A DNA stretch of 63,783 nt from an uncultured Alphaproteobacteria bacterium (lineage in GTDB: Bacteria > Pseudomonadota > Alphaproteobacteria > UBA8366 > JADFVY01), in contig CAMYNJ010000083.1 of assembly GCA_947259795.1 (NCBI GenBank), positions 1 to 63,783 of the forward strand, given 5' to 3'. A program made the translations under genes and the position numbers. This document shows positions 20,778 to 32,002 of the stretch, piece after piece; positions within the stretch are counted from its first letter, which is position 1, and the number at the start of each line of letters is the position of its first letter. Under the pieces are notes generated by a model, which saw only the letters and a list, made by a program, of their open reading frames with translations, did not search any database and was not told where the DNA came from.

Positions 20778-23700
20778 TTAAGCCGACTCCCGCATCTCCT
20801 CGGCGCGGGTCAGGTCGACCGAGACCAGCTGGCTTACTCCCGGCTCACCCATGGTGACACCGAACAACCGGTCCATGCGGGCCATGGACATGCGGTGATG
20901 GGTAACCACCAGGAAGCGGGTCGTGCCGCTGTGCGACAGCTCGTTCAACAACGAACAGAACCGGTCGACATTGCTGTCGTCCAGCGGTGCGTCGACCTCA
21001 TCCAGCACGCAGATCGGCGCCGGGTTGGTCAGGAACACCGCGAACAGCAGCGACACGGCGGTCAACGCCTGCTCGCCGCCCGACAAGAGCGACATCGAGG
21101 TCAGTTTCTTGCCTGGCGGGCTCGCCATGATTTCCAGCCCGGCATCCAGCGGGTCTTCTTCCTCGGTCAGGGTCAGATGCGCCCGCCCACCGCCGAACAG
21201 CCGGGTGAACAGCTCCTGAAAATGCTCGTTGACCTGGGCGAAGGCCGCCATCAGGCGCTCGCGCCCCTCACGGTTCAGTGCGCCGATGCCCTGGCGCAGG
21301 CGTGCGATCGCCGCCAGCAGGTCCTCGCGCTCGGTCTGCATGGTGGTGATCTGCTCCTGCAGTTCCGCGGCCTCGGTCTCGGCGCGCAGGTTCACCGGAC
21401 CCATCCCGTCGCGTTCGCGGGTCAGCCGCTCCAGCCGCGTCGACGCGGCGTCGGCGGGCGGGATGGTTTCGCCTTCGCCGATCTCGGCCGCCTCAAATAT
21501 TTTCTCCGGCGCGATGGCCAGTTTTTCGCGTATCCGCTCCACTACCGTCTGGCGGTCGCGCTCGGCCTGTTCGACCTGCGCTTCGGCGCGCACCTGTTGC
21601 TCGCGGGCCGCGGCCAGAGCGGTTTCGGCGGCCTTCAGTTCCCTGTCGGATTCCATCTGGCCGGCTTCCGCCGTCGCCAGGCGGTCTGCGGCCGCCCCGC
21701 GTTTTCCCTCGGCCTCGACGATCCGGTCCATCAGCAACGCCCGTTGGCCTTCCAGTTCGTCGGGCCGGGCGGCCAGCCGCTCACTTTCCTCTTCTGCCGC
21801 AGTGCGGCGTTCCACCAGGTCGGCCAGCCGTTCGGCGGCGCCTGCCGCGCGGCGGCGCCAGCTATCGGCTTCCGCCTCGATCGCCAGCAGACGCTCGCCG
21901 CGTCGTTCGGATTCCGCGACCAACCGGTCATAGGCACTGCGCCGCTCCGCCTGGCGGGCCCGCAGCTCGGCCAGTTCCGTACGCAGGCCGGTTACCGTCT
22001 CGCGCATGGACGAGGCATCCTCCAGCCCCGACAGTTCGCTTTCCGCTTCCGATAAATCGGCTTCGGCCTGCTCGCGGTCCGCCGTCGTGCTCTCCAGCGA
22101 TTCGATCAGCGCCGTCAGCCGGGATTCCTGTGCCACCCGGGCGTTGGTCAGGCGCGTATGCTCTTCACGGGCGGCGTTGAGCCTGGCAAAGCCGCTGCGC
22201 ACGGCTTCGCGGGCATTGCGCTCGCGGCCGGCCGCCTCGTCGCGGGCCGTGCGGGCGGTATCCGCGGCCTCTTCGGCGGCTTCGGCCTTCGCTTCGGCCT
22301 CGCGGCGCGTGGCCCGGATTTCGGCCAGCCGGTTGCGCTGGGCCAGCCGGGTCGCGGCCGCCGTCGGCGCCCCCGCGGAAATCGTGAAGCCGTCCCAGCG
22401 CCATAATCCGCCATCGCGCGATACCAGCCGCTGCCCGGCCTTCAACGACGCCGCAAGGCGTGCGCCCGCCGCCGCATCTTCGACCACGCCGACGGCCGAG
22501 AGGCGGCGCGACAACTCGTCGGGCGCCTTTACGAAGCCGGCCAGTGCCGGCGCGCCGCCGGGCAGATCCGAGGGGTCCAGCGGTGGCAGCCGATGCCAGT
22601 GGACCGGGGCGGATGCGTCGACCGGCGCATTAAGATCCTCGCCCAGCGCGGCGCCCAGCGCGGTCTCGTAGCCGGTATCGACGGTGACCGAATCGATCAC
22701 CGGCGGGAACAGGTCGCCCTCGGCCGGCTCCAGCAACTCGGCCAGCGCCTGTTCCTCGGCTTTTAGCCTGGCCAGCGCCGACTGGGCGTCCTGGACGGCG
22801 ATCCGCGCGGCATTTTCCGACTCCTCGGCCTCGGCGCGGATCGACTCGACGGCCTCCTGCGCCGCGCGCGCTTCCTCCACGGCGGCCTTCGCCTCTTCCA
22901 TGACGGCGGCGGCCGCGGTCATCACCTCGTCGGCCCCCAGCGCCGACGCCCGCTCGGCGCGCTCGGCCTCCAGTTCCTTTTCGCGGGCGGACAGGCGCGC
23001 CGCGCGTTCCGACAGCTCCGAAACCCGCCGGGTCAGCGAATCGCGGCGCGCCTCGGTTTCCGCCAGCCGGCCGGTCAGTTCCTGAAGCAGCGCCTCCTTC
23101 TCCTCGACCTGCTCGCTGGCCTCGGCCAGTGCTTCAGCGGCCGACTCTTTGTCCACCGCCTCGTCTTCCTGGGCGGCGGCGAGTTCCTGGCGCTCGGCGT
23201 CGAGCCGGGTCAAGGCCTCCGACGCGTCGCCCTCCAGCGACTTTTCGCGTTCGATATCGCCGATAATCTGCACCAACTGCTGCTGCAGCTGAACCTGCGC
23301 AGTCGCCACCCGCTCGGCCTCGTTGTCCAGCTCGCGGCGCGCCAGTTGCAGATGCTGCAGGGCCGCGGCGGCCTCTGCCTCGGCCTGGCGCAGCCCCGGC
23401 AACGCCGATTGAGAATCGGCCTGTATCGTGGCCAGCTTTGCCGCCGCCTCCGTGCGCGCGGCGACCTCGGCTCGCGCCTCGGCGAGTCCGGTCCCGGTTT
23501 CCTCCACCGCCTTCATCGCACCGGTCCAGGAATGGTGCAGCAGGATCGCATCGAATTTGCGAATCTGTTCGGAAAGGCGGCGGTAGCGTCCCGCCTGCCG
23601 GGCCTGGCGCTGCAGGCCCTGATGCTGGGCCTCCAGCGCGCCGATGACGTCCTCCAGGCGCTCCAGGTTGGTTTCGGCGGCGCGCAGCCGCAATTCCGCC

Positions 23701-24236
23701 TCGTGCCGGCGCGAATGCAACCCCTTGATGCCGGCGGCCTCCTCCAGCAGGCTGCGCCGGTCCCTGGGCTTGGCGTTGATCATCGCGCTGACCCGGCCCT
23801 GGCTGACCATCGCCGTGGAATGGGCGCCGGACGCGAGGTCGGCGAACAGCAGCTGCACATCGCGGGCGCGGACGTCCTTGCCGTTGATTCGGTAGTTCGA
23901 GCCCGAGTCGCGCTCGATGCGGCGCGAAATTTCCAGTTCGTCGGCGTCGTTGAACATCGCCGGCGCCTTGCGGTCGCTATTGTCGATATGCAGAATCACC
24001 TCGGCGATATTGCGGGCGGGCCTTGAGGTGGTGCCGCCGAAGATCACGTCCTCCATGCCGCCGCCGCGCATGCTCTTGGCCGAGGTCTCGCCCATCACCC
24101 AGCGCAGCGCCTCGACCACGTTCGACTTGCCGCAGCCGTTGGGACCGACGATGCCGGTCATCCCCGGTTCGATCAGCAATTCGACCGGATCGACGAAGGA
24201 TTTAAAGCCGGTGACGCGAAGCTTGGTGAAATGCAA
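20778..24236 (-). CDS. smc: Chromosome segregation protein SMC
   Basis: GFKSF, GPNGCGKSN Walker A, long coiled coils, LSGGEQ, LDEVDAPLD. Confidence 0.97.
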   Translation of the reverse strand: MHFTKLRVTGFKSFVDPVELLIEPGMTGIVGPNGCGKSNVVEALRWVMGETSAKSMRGGGMEDVIFGGTTSRPARNIAEVILHIDNSDRKAPAMFNDADELEISRRIERDSGSNYRINGKDVRARDVQLLFADLASGAHSTAMVSQGRVSAMINAKPRDRRSLLEEAAGIKGLHSRRHEAELRLRAAETNLERLEDVIGALEAQHQGLQRQARQAGRYRRLSEQIRKFDAILLHHSWTGAMKAVEETGTGLAEARAEVAARTEAAAKLATIQADSQSALPGLRQAEAEAAAALQHLQLARRELDNEAERVATAQVQLQQQLVQIIGDIEREKSLEGDASEALTRLDAERQELAAAQEDEAVDKESAAEALAEASEQVEEKEALLQELTGRLAETEARRDSLTRRVSELSERAARLSAREKELEAERAERASALGADEVMTAAAAVMEEAKAAVEEARAAQEAVESIRAEAEESENAARIAVQDAQSALARLKAEEQALAELLEPAEGDLFPPVIDSVTVDTGYETALGAALGEDLNAPVDASAPVHWHRLPPLDPSDLPGGAPALAGFVKAPDELSRRLSAVGVVEDAAAGARLAASLKAGQRLVSRDGGLWRWDGFTISAGAPTAAATRLAQRNRLAEIRATRREAEAKAEAAEEAADTARTARDEAAGRERNAREAVRSGFARLNAAREEHTRLTNARVAQESRLTALIESLESTTADREQAEADLSEAESELSGLEDASSMRETVTGLRTELAELRARQAERRSAYDRLVAESERRGERLLAIEAEADSWRRRAAGAAERLADLVERRTAAEEESERLAARPDELEGQRALLMDRIVEAEGKRGAAADRLATAEAGQMESDRELKAAETALAAAREQQVRAEAQVEQAERDRQTVVERIREKLAIAPEKIFEAAEIGEGETIPPADAASTRLERLTRERDGMGPVNLRAETEAAELQEQITTMQTEREDLLAAIARLRQGIGALNREGRERLMAAFAQVNEHFQELFTRLFGGGRAHLTLTEEEDPLDAGLEIMASPPGKKLTSMSLLSGGEQALTAVSLLFAVFLTNPAPICVLDEVDAPLDDSNVDRFCSLLNELSHSGTTRFLVVTHHRMSMARMDRLFGVTMGEPGVSQLVSVDLTRAEEMRESA

Positions 24237-24277
24237 GATATTATGCCCGAATTACCAAGTGTTTGGGCCGGCAGCCG

Positions 24278-24907
24278 TCATTCCACGGCGTCTTCCAGAA
24301 TCTCGCTGAATTCGTCATAGGGCAGGTTCGTGACCTTCTTGCCGTTGACGACGAAGCTGGGCGTGCTGTCGATGCCGTATTCCATCTGCCCTTCCAGGCG
24401 CATCTGCAGTATGCCGTCCTGAAGCGCCTCGTTCGCCAGGCAACCGTCGACGTCATCCTTGCTCATGCCGCCGAGGCCGGCGAGTTGCGTCAGGACCTTG
24501 ACCGGATCCTGCGCGCGAGACCAGTTGTTCTGCTGTGCGTAAAAGGCGTTCAGGAAGATGAAGTATTTGTCCTTCGGTGCGCAGCGCGCGATCATCGCGC
24601 CCGTGGCGGCATATTTGTCCAGCGGATAATCCCGGTAGATCAGCTTGGCCTTGCCGGTTTCGATCCAGTCCTTCTTGAGTTGCGGCAGTGACTCGGCATG
24701 GAAAGTGGCGCAATGCGGACAGGTCAGCGAGGCGTATTCGATAATCGTGATCGGCGCCGCCGGATCGCCGATGACCCGTTCCGACAGCGCTTCTTCGGTC
24801 GGAAGGATTTCCGCGAAGGCGATGAAGGGCAGCAGGATGCCCGCAAAAAGGACGGCTGCAAAGCGAATCGGTCCGGTCACGAATGGTCTCCTGACGAATT
24901 GAAACAA
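24278..24907 (-). CDS. DsbA-family thiol-disulfide oxidoreductase
   Basis: Signal peptide, EYASLTCPHCA, STPSF. Confidence 0.92.
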   Translation of the reverse strand: MFQFVRRPFVTGPIRFAAVLFAGILLPFIAFAEILPTEEALSERVIGDPAAPITIIEYASLTCPHCATFHAESLPQLKKDWIETGKAKLIYRDYPLDKYAATGAMIARCAPKDKYFIFLNAFYAQQNNWSRAQDPVKVLTQLAGLGGMSKDDVDGCLANEALQDGILQMRLEGQMEYGIDSTPSFVVNGKKVTNLPYDEFSEILEDAVE

Positions 24908-24959
24908 GCACGAATATAAGGGGTCGAATAAGGCCCCTTCAAGGCGGGGCGCGGAATCG

Positions 24960-25502
24960 TCATTCTTCCCCGCCGTCTTGGGTGTCGCTTATCACGGCGT
25001 GGCCAAGGCGCGCAAGTACGGCCCGTATCTCCGGGTCATCCACCCTGCAGAGGGCCGACTGAATCGCAGCGCGGTCCTTGGCGCTGGGCGGCTCGACAGT
25101 TTTGGCGCGGACCCGGCGACGGGGACCGGGTTGTTGGACCGCGGGTGGGGCGTGGATGATCGCGATCCGCTCGATGGCGCGATAGCCGAAATGGCCGTTG
25201 ATTCGCTCCAGCAGTTGCGGCTCCATATGCTGCAGTTCCAGGGCGAATCCGCCGGCCACCCTGATTCGCAAGGACCCGCCGTCGCGCCGGCCGGGCGGGA
25301 AGGTCAGGCGATCGGGCCAGCAGGAAGCGGCCAGTTCCGGGCCCACGATCCCTTCCCAGCCGGTTACCAGCCCGGCCTCCGCAAAGCCCCGCTTGCCGAT
25401 CGCTCGCTTCGCCAGCCCGCCGACCGACGCGGCCAGGGCCCGCGGCCCGCTGCCCCGGCGCATTTTCCTGCCTGCTTTGTCTTGTTCCCGATCCTCGGGC
25501 AT
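24960..25502 (-). CDS. DUF721/DciA-family protein
   Basis: WxxIVG, ALELQH, ERINxxFGYxAI; divergent from mutY and upstream of dsbA-smc. Confidence 0.82.
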   Translation of the reverse strand: MPEDREQDKAGRKMRRGSGPRALAASVGGLAKRAIGKRGFAEAGLVTGWEGIVGPELAASCWPDRLTFPPGRRDGGSLRIRVAGGFALELQHMEPQLLERINGHFGYRAIERIAIIHAPPAVQQPGPRRRVRAKTVEPPSAKDRAAIQSALCRVDDPEIRAVLARLGHAVISDTQDGGEE

Positions 25503-25544
25503 GCTCTGATCCGCCCGCAACAATGTCCTAATAGTTACGCTTCC

Positions 25545-26606
25545 ATGACCGATTCGCGCAAGGCCCCCGATCCCGAAATCCTGCTTGCCTGGTATGACGG
25601 CCATCGCCGCCGCCTGCCCTGGCGCGCGGGCCCGGGCGAGCGGGCGGACCCCTACCGGGTCTGGCTTTCCGAGGTCATGCTGCAACAAACCACGGTCGCC
25701 ACGGTCGGCCCCTATTTCGAATCCTTTCTTGCGCGATGGCCGTCGGTCGGCGCGCTGGCGGCCGCGGATCTGGACGAGGTGCTGCATGCCTGGCAAGGGC
25801 TGGGTTATTACGCGCGCGCCCGCAACCTGCATCGCTGCGCGGCATATGTAGCCGGCGAACTGGGCGGGATCTTCCCCGACAATGAGGCGGACCTGCGGCA
25901 ATTGCCCGGCATCGGCGCCTATACGGCGGCAGCCGTCGCAGCCATCGCGTTCGGTCGCCGCGCGGTGGTGGTGGACGGCAATGTGGAGCGGGTGATGGCG
26001 CGAGTCTTCGCGGTCCGGCAGCCATTGCCCGGTGCGAAGGGCCGGCTATACGAGTTGGCCGATCGCCTGACGCCCGAGTCGCGGGCCGGCGACTATGCCC
26101 AGGCTGTGATGGATCTCGGCGCAACGGTCTGTACCCCGCGCGGGCCGAAATGCCTGCTATGCCCCTGGAAAGACGACTGCGCCGGACATGACGAGGCCGA
26201 GGGCCTGCCGCGCCGCGCGGCGAAACCGGAACGCCCGACCCGGCGCGGCGTCGCCTTCTGGATCACCCGGCCCGACGGCGCGGTGCTGCTGCGCCGCCGG
26301 CCGGAAAAGGGGCTGCTGGGCGGCATGATCGAAGTGCCCTCGACGGAATGGACCGAAGGAACCATGCCCGCGCTGGCAAAGGCCAGGAAGGAGTCGCCGC
26401 TACCGGCGCCGAACTGGCGGGAGCTGCCGGGCGCGGTGACCCATACCTTCACCCATTTTCATCTGGAGCTGCGCGTTGTCGCCGGCCGGGTGGGCCGCGG
26501 CGCCGGCCCGGACGCCCTGTGGCGGCATCCCGACGAGTTCGGCGACCAGGCCCTGCCGACCGTGATGAAGAAGGTTGCCCGCCACGCGCTGAAGTTCGGC
26601 GCGTGA
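25545..26606 (+). CDS. mutY: A/G-specific adenine glycosylase
   Basis: SEVMLQQT, GLGYYARARNL, LPGIGAYTA, VDGNVERV, CX6CX2CX5C, HTFTHF. Confidence 0.96.
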   Translation: MTDSRKAPDPEILLAWYDGHRRRLPWRAGPGERADPYRVWLSEVMLQQTTVATVGPYFESFLARWPSVGALAAADLDEVLHAWQGLGYYARARNLHRCAAYVAGELGGIFPDNEADLRQLPGIGAYTAAAVAAIAFGRRAVVVDGNVERVMARVFAVRQPLPGAKGRLYELADRLTPESRAGDYAQAVMDLGATVCTPRGPKCLLCPWKDDCAGHDEAEGLPRRAAKPERPTRRGVAFWITRPDGAVLLRRRPEKGLLGGMIEVPSTEWTEGTMPALAKARKESPLPAPNWRELPGAVTHTFTHFHLELRVVAGRVGRGAGPDALWRHPDEFGDQALPTVMKKVARHALKFGA

Positions 26607-26607
26607 T

Positions 26608-27057
26608 TCAGGGCAGAATGAACTGCTTGCTCTGGCCGTTGACGTCGAGCGTATAGGTTCCCGGGGCAAGGCCTTCGGTGATCACTGGATAGGTTTCCTG
26701 GAAACGCTTGATCGCCTGGGTGCATATGGCGTCGCGCGGACGCGTCGTCAGGATGCTTATGCTGATGACCGTCCCCTCGGTCTTCTGGCTGAAACTGTAC
26801 AGGCTGGTGCAGCCGTCGGACATCCATCCATAAACCACGACGCGGACCTGCACCGGATATGATTCCAGGATTACCGGCTCGATCCGTTCGACGCCGGCCA
26901 GGCGAACAATCGGCTTGGGTGGGGGTTCGCGGTAGGTCGACTCGGGTGGGGGTTCCGTTTGCGCCTGTGCCGCAGGGGGGCCATGGCGGCAGGCGGCCAG
27001 CGCAATCAGCGCGGCAAGAAACATAAAACTGGCGGACCGCACGGTCTTTCCGGTCAT
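26608..27057 (-). CDS. Hypothetical lipoprotein with a beta-rich two-Cys domain
   Basis: LAAC lipobox, Pro-rich linker, ILESYPVQV..DGCT..CTQA..PGTYTLDVNG. Confidence 0.75.
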   Translation of the reverse strand: MTGKTVRSASFMFLAALIALAACRHGPPAAQAQTEPPPESTYREPPPKPIVRLAGVERIEPVILESYPVQVRVVVYGWMSDGCTSLYSFSQKTEGTVISISILTTRPRDAICTQAIKRFQETYPVITEGLAPGTYTLDVNGQSKQFILP

Positions 27058-27122
27058 AGGATACTACCTGGTGGAATATCGGGATGCCGGGATTGTAGCA
27101 TGATTCGGGCGCGGATCCGTCT

Positions 27123-28299
<1,177 letters not shown>

Positions 28300-28303
<4 letters not shown>

Positions 28304-28902
28304 TTGATGAGTCTTGCGATGGGCGCGAAGCTCCTGCGATGATGGGGCGTCACACCGTTTCCGGCCAATCCCTGCCGGTGTTGCCTTGTCCCGTATCCAG
28401 CATTTTTCTCCCAGCCATAGCCTGGGAATTCGAGGGCCAGGCGTTCCATGATCCGGTCGCGCGTCACCTTGGCCATGATCGAGGCGGCGGCGATGGACAG
28501 CGCGCTGGCGTCGCCGCCGACCAGGCAGTGCGTGGGCACGCCCAACCCGGGGTCGCGGTTGCCGTCGACGATTGCGTATTGCGGCGCCTCCGGCAGGTTT
28601 GCAAAGGCGCGACGCATGGCCAGCATGGTGGCCTGCAGGATATTCAGCTCGTCGATTTCCTCGACGCTGGCCTGGCCGACGCCGTGGGCCGCACGCGCCT
28701 CGATGTGGTCGAAGAGCAGCTCGCGGACCGGCTTGCGCAGCTTCTTGGAATCGTCGAGGCCGGCCTTGACCTCAGGCGGTAGCTTCGAGAGGTCCAGCAC
28801 GACGGCGGCGGCCACCACCGGCCCTGCCCAAGGGCCTCGCCCGGCCTCGTCGATCCCCGCCACCTGCCCGCCCAGCGAGGCCTCGAAGGAGTAATCAGGC
28901 AT
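28300..28902 (-). CDS. rnhB: Ribonuclease HII
   Basis: GIDEAGRGP, LDDSKKL, VDGN, IAAASIMAKVTRD, HHRRSF. Confidence 0.96.
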
Positions 28903-30322
28903 TGCCGGGCCTTTCGCCCGGCTCGCCGGGTCCCTCGTCGAAGGGGACGTCGATCACCTCGTCGGGCGAACCGAATGCGGCGTCCGGCGGCAGGATTTCC
29001 GCCTCCGCCTCCTGGCGGCGTGAATGTTTCCAGCGCCAGTACAGCGCCTTGACGCGGATGAGCTTGCCCTCGAACCACTGGAACAGGCCGGCCGTCATCT
29101 TCAGGGTCAGCCGCCATTCGCGCACATAAACGATCTTCAGCAGGGCCATCGGGGTCTTGGCGGTCACCGCTCGATATTCATGCAGGCGGCGCACGGTATG
29201 CATCCAAAGCGGGCTGGTGACCAGCGAGACCACGGTGATCGCCACGACCAGCCTGTGCAGGTCCGGCGTGATGACGTTGCTGGCCAGGGCCGCCGCCCCC
29301 AGCACGAAGGAAAATTCGCCGATCTGGGCGAGGCTGAGGCTGGTCATGAAGGCACGCTGCGGCTGTTCGCCCATCAGCTGCAGGATGAAGACGTTCAGCG
29401 CCGTCTTGAAGACCGAGACGAAGAACCACAGCCCCAGCACCAATGCCAGATTCTCCCACATGTAGTTGAGATCGATCAGCAGGCCGACCGACAGGAAAAA
29501 GACCATCAGCAGGATGCTCTGCACCGGCTGGGCGACATTTTCCACCGCATGTTTTTCCGCGCTGTTGCCGACCAGCAGCCCGGCGAAAAAGGCGCCGTAG
29601 GCGGGGCTCAGGCCGGTCAGCCCGCCCAGCGCCGCGAAACCGAAGCACCAGGCAATGGCCGCCAGCGGCAGCAGGTCGATATTACCGACGACCATCTTGA
29701 ACGGCAGTAGATGGACCCGCCGCCGCTTGCCGAACCAGGCCGTGACCGCGATCAGGAGGCCGACGGAAACCGCGACTTTCAGCACCACGGCCCACTGGAA
29801 CGCACCGCCCGACAGCCCGCCGACGATCAGCAGCATGGGCGCCACGGCCAGGTCCTGCGCGATCAGCACGCTGATGGCGGTGCGGCCCACGCGAGTGCGC
29901 AACTCACCCACATCATCCAGCATCTTGACGGCAACGGCGGTGCTGCTCAGCGCGACCACGAAGCCGAAGAATACCGCGTAGCCCAGCGGCCAGCCCATGA
30001 ATTGCTGCACCACCAGCATGCCCGCCAGGCTGACGCCAATCTGGATCAGGGTCGAAAACAGCCCGATGCGCCAGGTAAAGCGGAAGCTGCGCAGCGACAG
30101 CTCCATGCCGATGAAATAGAGCAGCATCAGCACGCCGAGTTCCGCCAGCACGCCAACCTGCGCGCGATCGGTCACCAGCCCCAGCCCCGATGGCCCCAGC
30201 AGCACCCCGGCGATGATATAGCCGACGATGGCCGGTTGCTTGAGGCGCGTCATCGCCACGCCGCAAAGCGTCGCGGCGACGATAACGAAGGCCATGCCTG
30301 TAAGCTGGACAGTGTCTTCCAT
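28895..30322 (-). CDS. CPA2 cation:proton antiporter without KTN domain
   Basis: GYIIAGVLLGP, AELGV, ALSSTA, LIAQD, LAQIGEFSFVL. Confidence 0.88.
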   Translation of the reverse strand: MEDTVQLTGMAFVIVAATLCGVAMTRLKQPAIVGYIIAGVLLGPSGLGLVTDRAQVGVLAELGVLMLLYFIGMELSLRSFRFTWRIGLFSTLIQIGVSLAGMLVVQQFMGWPLGYAVFFGFVVALSSTAVAVKMLDDVGELRTRVGRTAISVLIAQDLAVAPMLLIVGGLSGGAFQWAVVLKVAVSVGLLIAVTAWFGKRRRVHLLPFKMVVGNIDLLPLAAIAWCFGFAALGGLTGLSPAYGAFFAGLLVGNSAEKHAVENVAQPVQSILLMVFFLSVGLLIDLNYMWENLALVLGLWFFVSVFKTALNVFILQLMGEQPQRAFMTSLSLAQIGEFSFVLGAAALASNVITPDLHRLVVAITVVSLVTSPLWMHTVRRLHEYRAVTAKTPMALLKIVYVREWRLTLKMTAGLFQWFEGKLIRVKALYWRWKHSRRQEAEAEILPPDAAFGSPDEVIDVPFDEGPGEPGERPGNA

Positions 30323-30423
30323 AGGGTCCCGGTGCGAATCGATAGTGCCGGGGTTCAGGATACCCGCAAAATTCCTAAGAAATTACAAGAAACTGCGGGG
30401 GCATCGGTCACAACGCGATTTAT

Positions 30424-31131
30424 TCAGTCCTCATACTGGTCATGCCGGCGTAGCCATTCCATGGTGAAGGACAGGTCGGCTTCGTCGCGGCCTTTCGGGA
30501 CGAGGTCGAGCAAATTATATGCGCCGGCCAGGATGTCGAGACCGCGGGCGTAGGTCGAATAGGTATGGAAGATCGCGCCGCTTTCGTCCTTGCGGAAGAC
30601 GCTGAGGCCCGGCGCCTCCCCGCTTGGGAAAGTGGTGGTCCGGTAATTGTAATAGACCTCGCCCCTGGCCATATCGTCCTCGTCGAACGAGACGTGGTAA
30701 TCCCGGTTGAAATCGTTGTCCAGCGCGGAGACCCACTTGAACCGCCAACCCATGCGCTTCCTGTAAGTCTCGAGTTTTTCGAGCGGGGCCCGGGAGGCGA
30801 CGACCAGGGTCACGTCGCGGTGGTTCAGATGCACGATCGCACCGTCGAAATGGTCGGCGATGTAGGAACAGGAGGGGCAGCCTTCCTGCCAGTCCGGGCC
30901 AAACATGAAATGATAGACGATCAGCTGGCTGCAGCCGGCGAACAGGTCGGCCAGGGTTTCCCGCCCGTCCGCCCCCTCGAAGACGTAGTCCTTGTCGACC
31001 TTCACCCAGGGCAACTGCCGCCGCTTCTCGCTCAGCGCATCGCGCGCCCTTGTGAATTCCTTTTCCTCCGCCAGCAGCGCCTTTCGCGCGGCAATCCAGT
31101 TCTCTCTCGATACGATCCTATTGGGTTCCAT
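30424..31131 (-). CDS. DUF899 thioredoxin-like protein
   Basis: EKEFTRxRD, RRQLPW, YHFMF, GCPSCS, HTYSTYARG, PKGRDE. Confidence 0.9.
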   Translation of the reverse strand: MEPNRIVSRENWIAARKALLAEEKEFTRARDALSEKRRQLPWVKVDKDYVFEGADGRETLADLFAGCSQLIVYHFMFGPDWQEGCPSCSYIADHFDGAIVHLNHRDVTLVVASRAPLEKLETYRKRMGWRFKWVSALDNDFNRDYHVSFDEDDMARGEVYYNYRTTTFPSGEAPGLSVFRKDESGAIFHTYSTYARGLDILAGAYNLLDLVPKGRDEADLSFTMEWLRRHDQYED

Positions 31132-31143
31132 TTCTCTCTCCCG

Positions 31144-31590
31144 TTAGCCCGCCATCCGGGCGGCAAGTTTGTCGAGGATGCTGCCCCAGCCGGATTCGTG
31201 CTGTGCCGCGACCTCCGCACTGCCCAGGCGTTCGTGGGTCAGCGCAAGTTCGGTCTCCCCGCCCTTTTCGCGAAATTCCAGCGTCACAAGCGAGCCCCCG
31301 ACGCCCTGGACAGCATGCGATATCCAGGTAAATACGATGCGCGACGGCGGCGTGATCTCGACGTATTCGCCAGTCATCTCGTAAGTATCTTCCACGCCAT
31401 GCATGACGAAGCGAAACCGGCCGCCGACGCGCGGGTCGATCTCGACATCGGTTTTCCTGATATCGCCGGGGCACATCCAGGCCCGCATGCCGTCGGCATC
31501 CAGCCAGGCCGCGAAAACCTCCTCGCGCGGCGCCGGCATGATCCGCGACATCCGCAAGGTGGGCACCGTCGTCACTGTTTCTGCGGTCAT
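31144..31590 (-). CDS. SRPBCC/AHSA1 (START-like) domain protein
   Basis: APREEVFAAW, DPRVGGRF, GEYVEI..RIVFTW, HESGW. Confidence 0.9.
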   Translation of the reverse strand: MTAETVTTVPTLRMSRIMPAPREEVFAAWLDADGMRAWMCPGDIRKTDVEIDPRVGGRFRFVMHGVEDTYEMTGEYVEITPPSRIVFTWISHAVQGVGGSLVTLEFREKGGETELALTHERLGSAEVAAQHESGWGSILDKLAARMAG

Positions 31591-31946
31591 TTGTCCTCAC
31601 TCCTCTCCTGTTTCTTCGCCTTGTTGTCGCGCAGGAACTGCGCCAGCGCGTCCAGCCGGCCTTCCCAGAATCCGCGGTAATAATCGATCCAGTCGCTGGC
31701 CGCGGTCAACGGCGCGCCGTCGAAGCTGAGCCAGTGCTCGCGGCCGCGCACCTCGCGCCGCACCAGCCCCGCGCCCTCCAGCACTTTCAGATGCTTCGAC
31801 ACCGCATTCAGCGACATCTCGAAGGGTTCGGCGACTTCCCCGACCCGCGCATCGCCAGCCGTCAGCCGCGCCACGATCGCCCGTCGCGTCGGATCGGCCA
31901 GCGCGGCCAGAGTGCAGTCCAGTTCCATATCGTTATATTCAACCAT
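31587..31946 (-). CDS. ArsR/SmtB-family regulator
   Basis: ALADPTRRAI, SLNAVSKHLKVLExAGLV, FWEGRLDAL. Confidence 0.92.
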   Translation of the reverse strand: MVEYNDMELDCTLAALADPTRRAIVARLTAGDARVGEVAEPFEMSLNAVSKHLKVLEGAGLVRREVRGREHWLSFDGAPLTAASDWIDYYRGFWEGRLDALAQFLRDNKAKKQERSEDK

Positions 31947-31959
31947 ATGGTTGAATATA
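31934..31959. promoter_or_regulatory. Perfect 26-bp palindrome over the ArsR start codon (putative autorepression operator)
   Basis: TATATTCAACCATATGGTTGAATATA is fully self-complementary. Confidence 0.8.
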
Positions 31960-32002
31960 TAAGAAAGGCTGGAGCCTGTCAAATGCGCCTTGATATCAGC
32001 CT

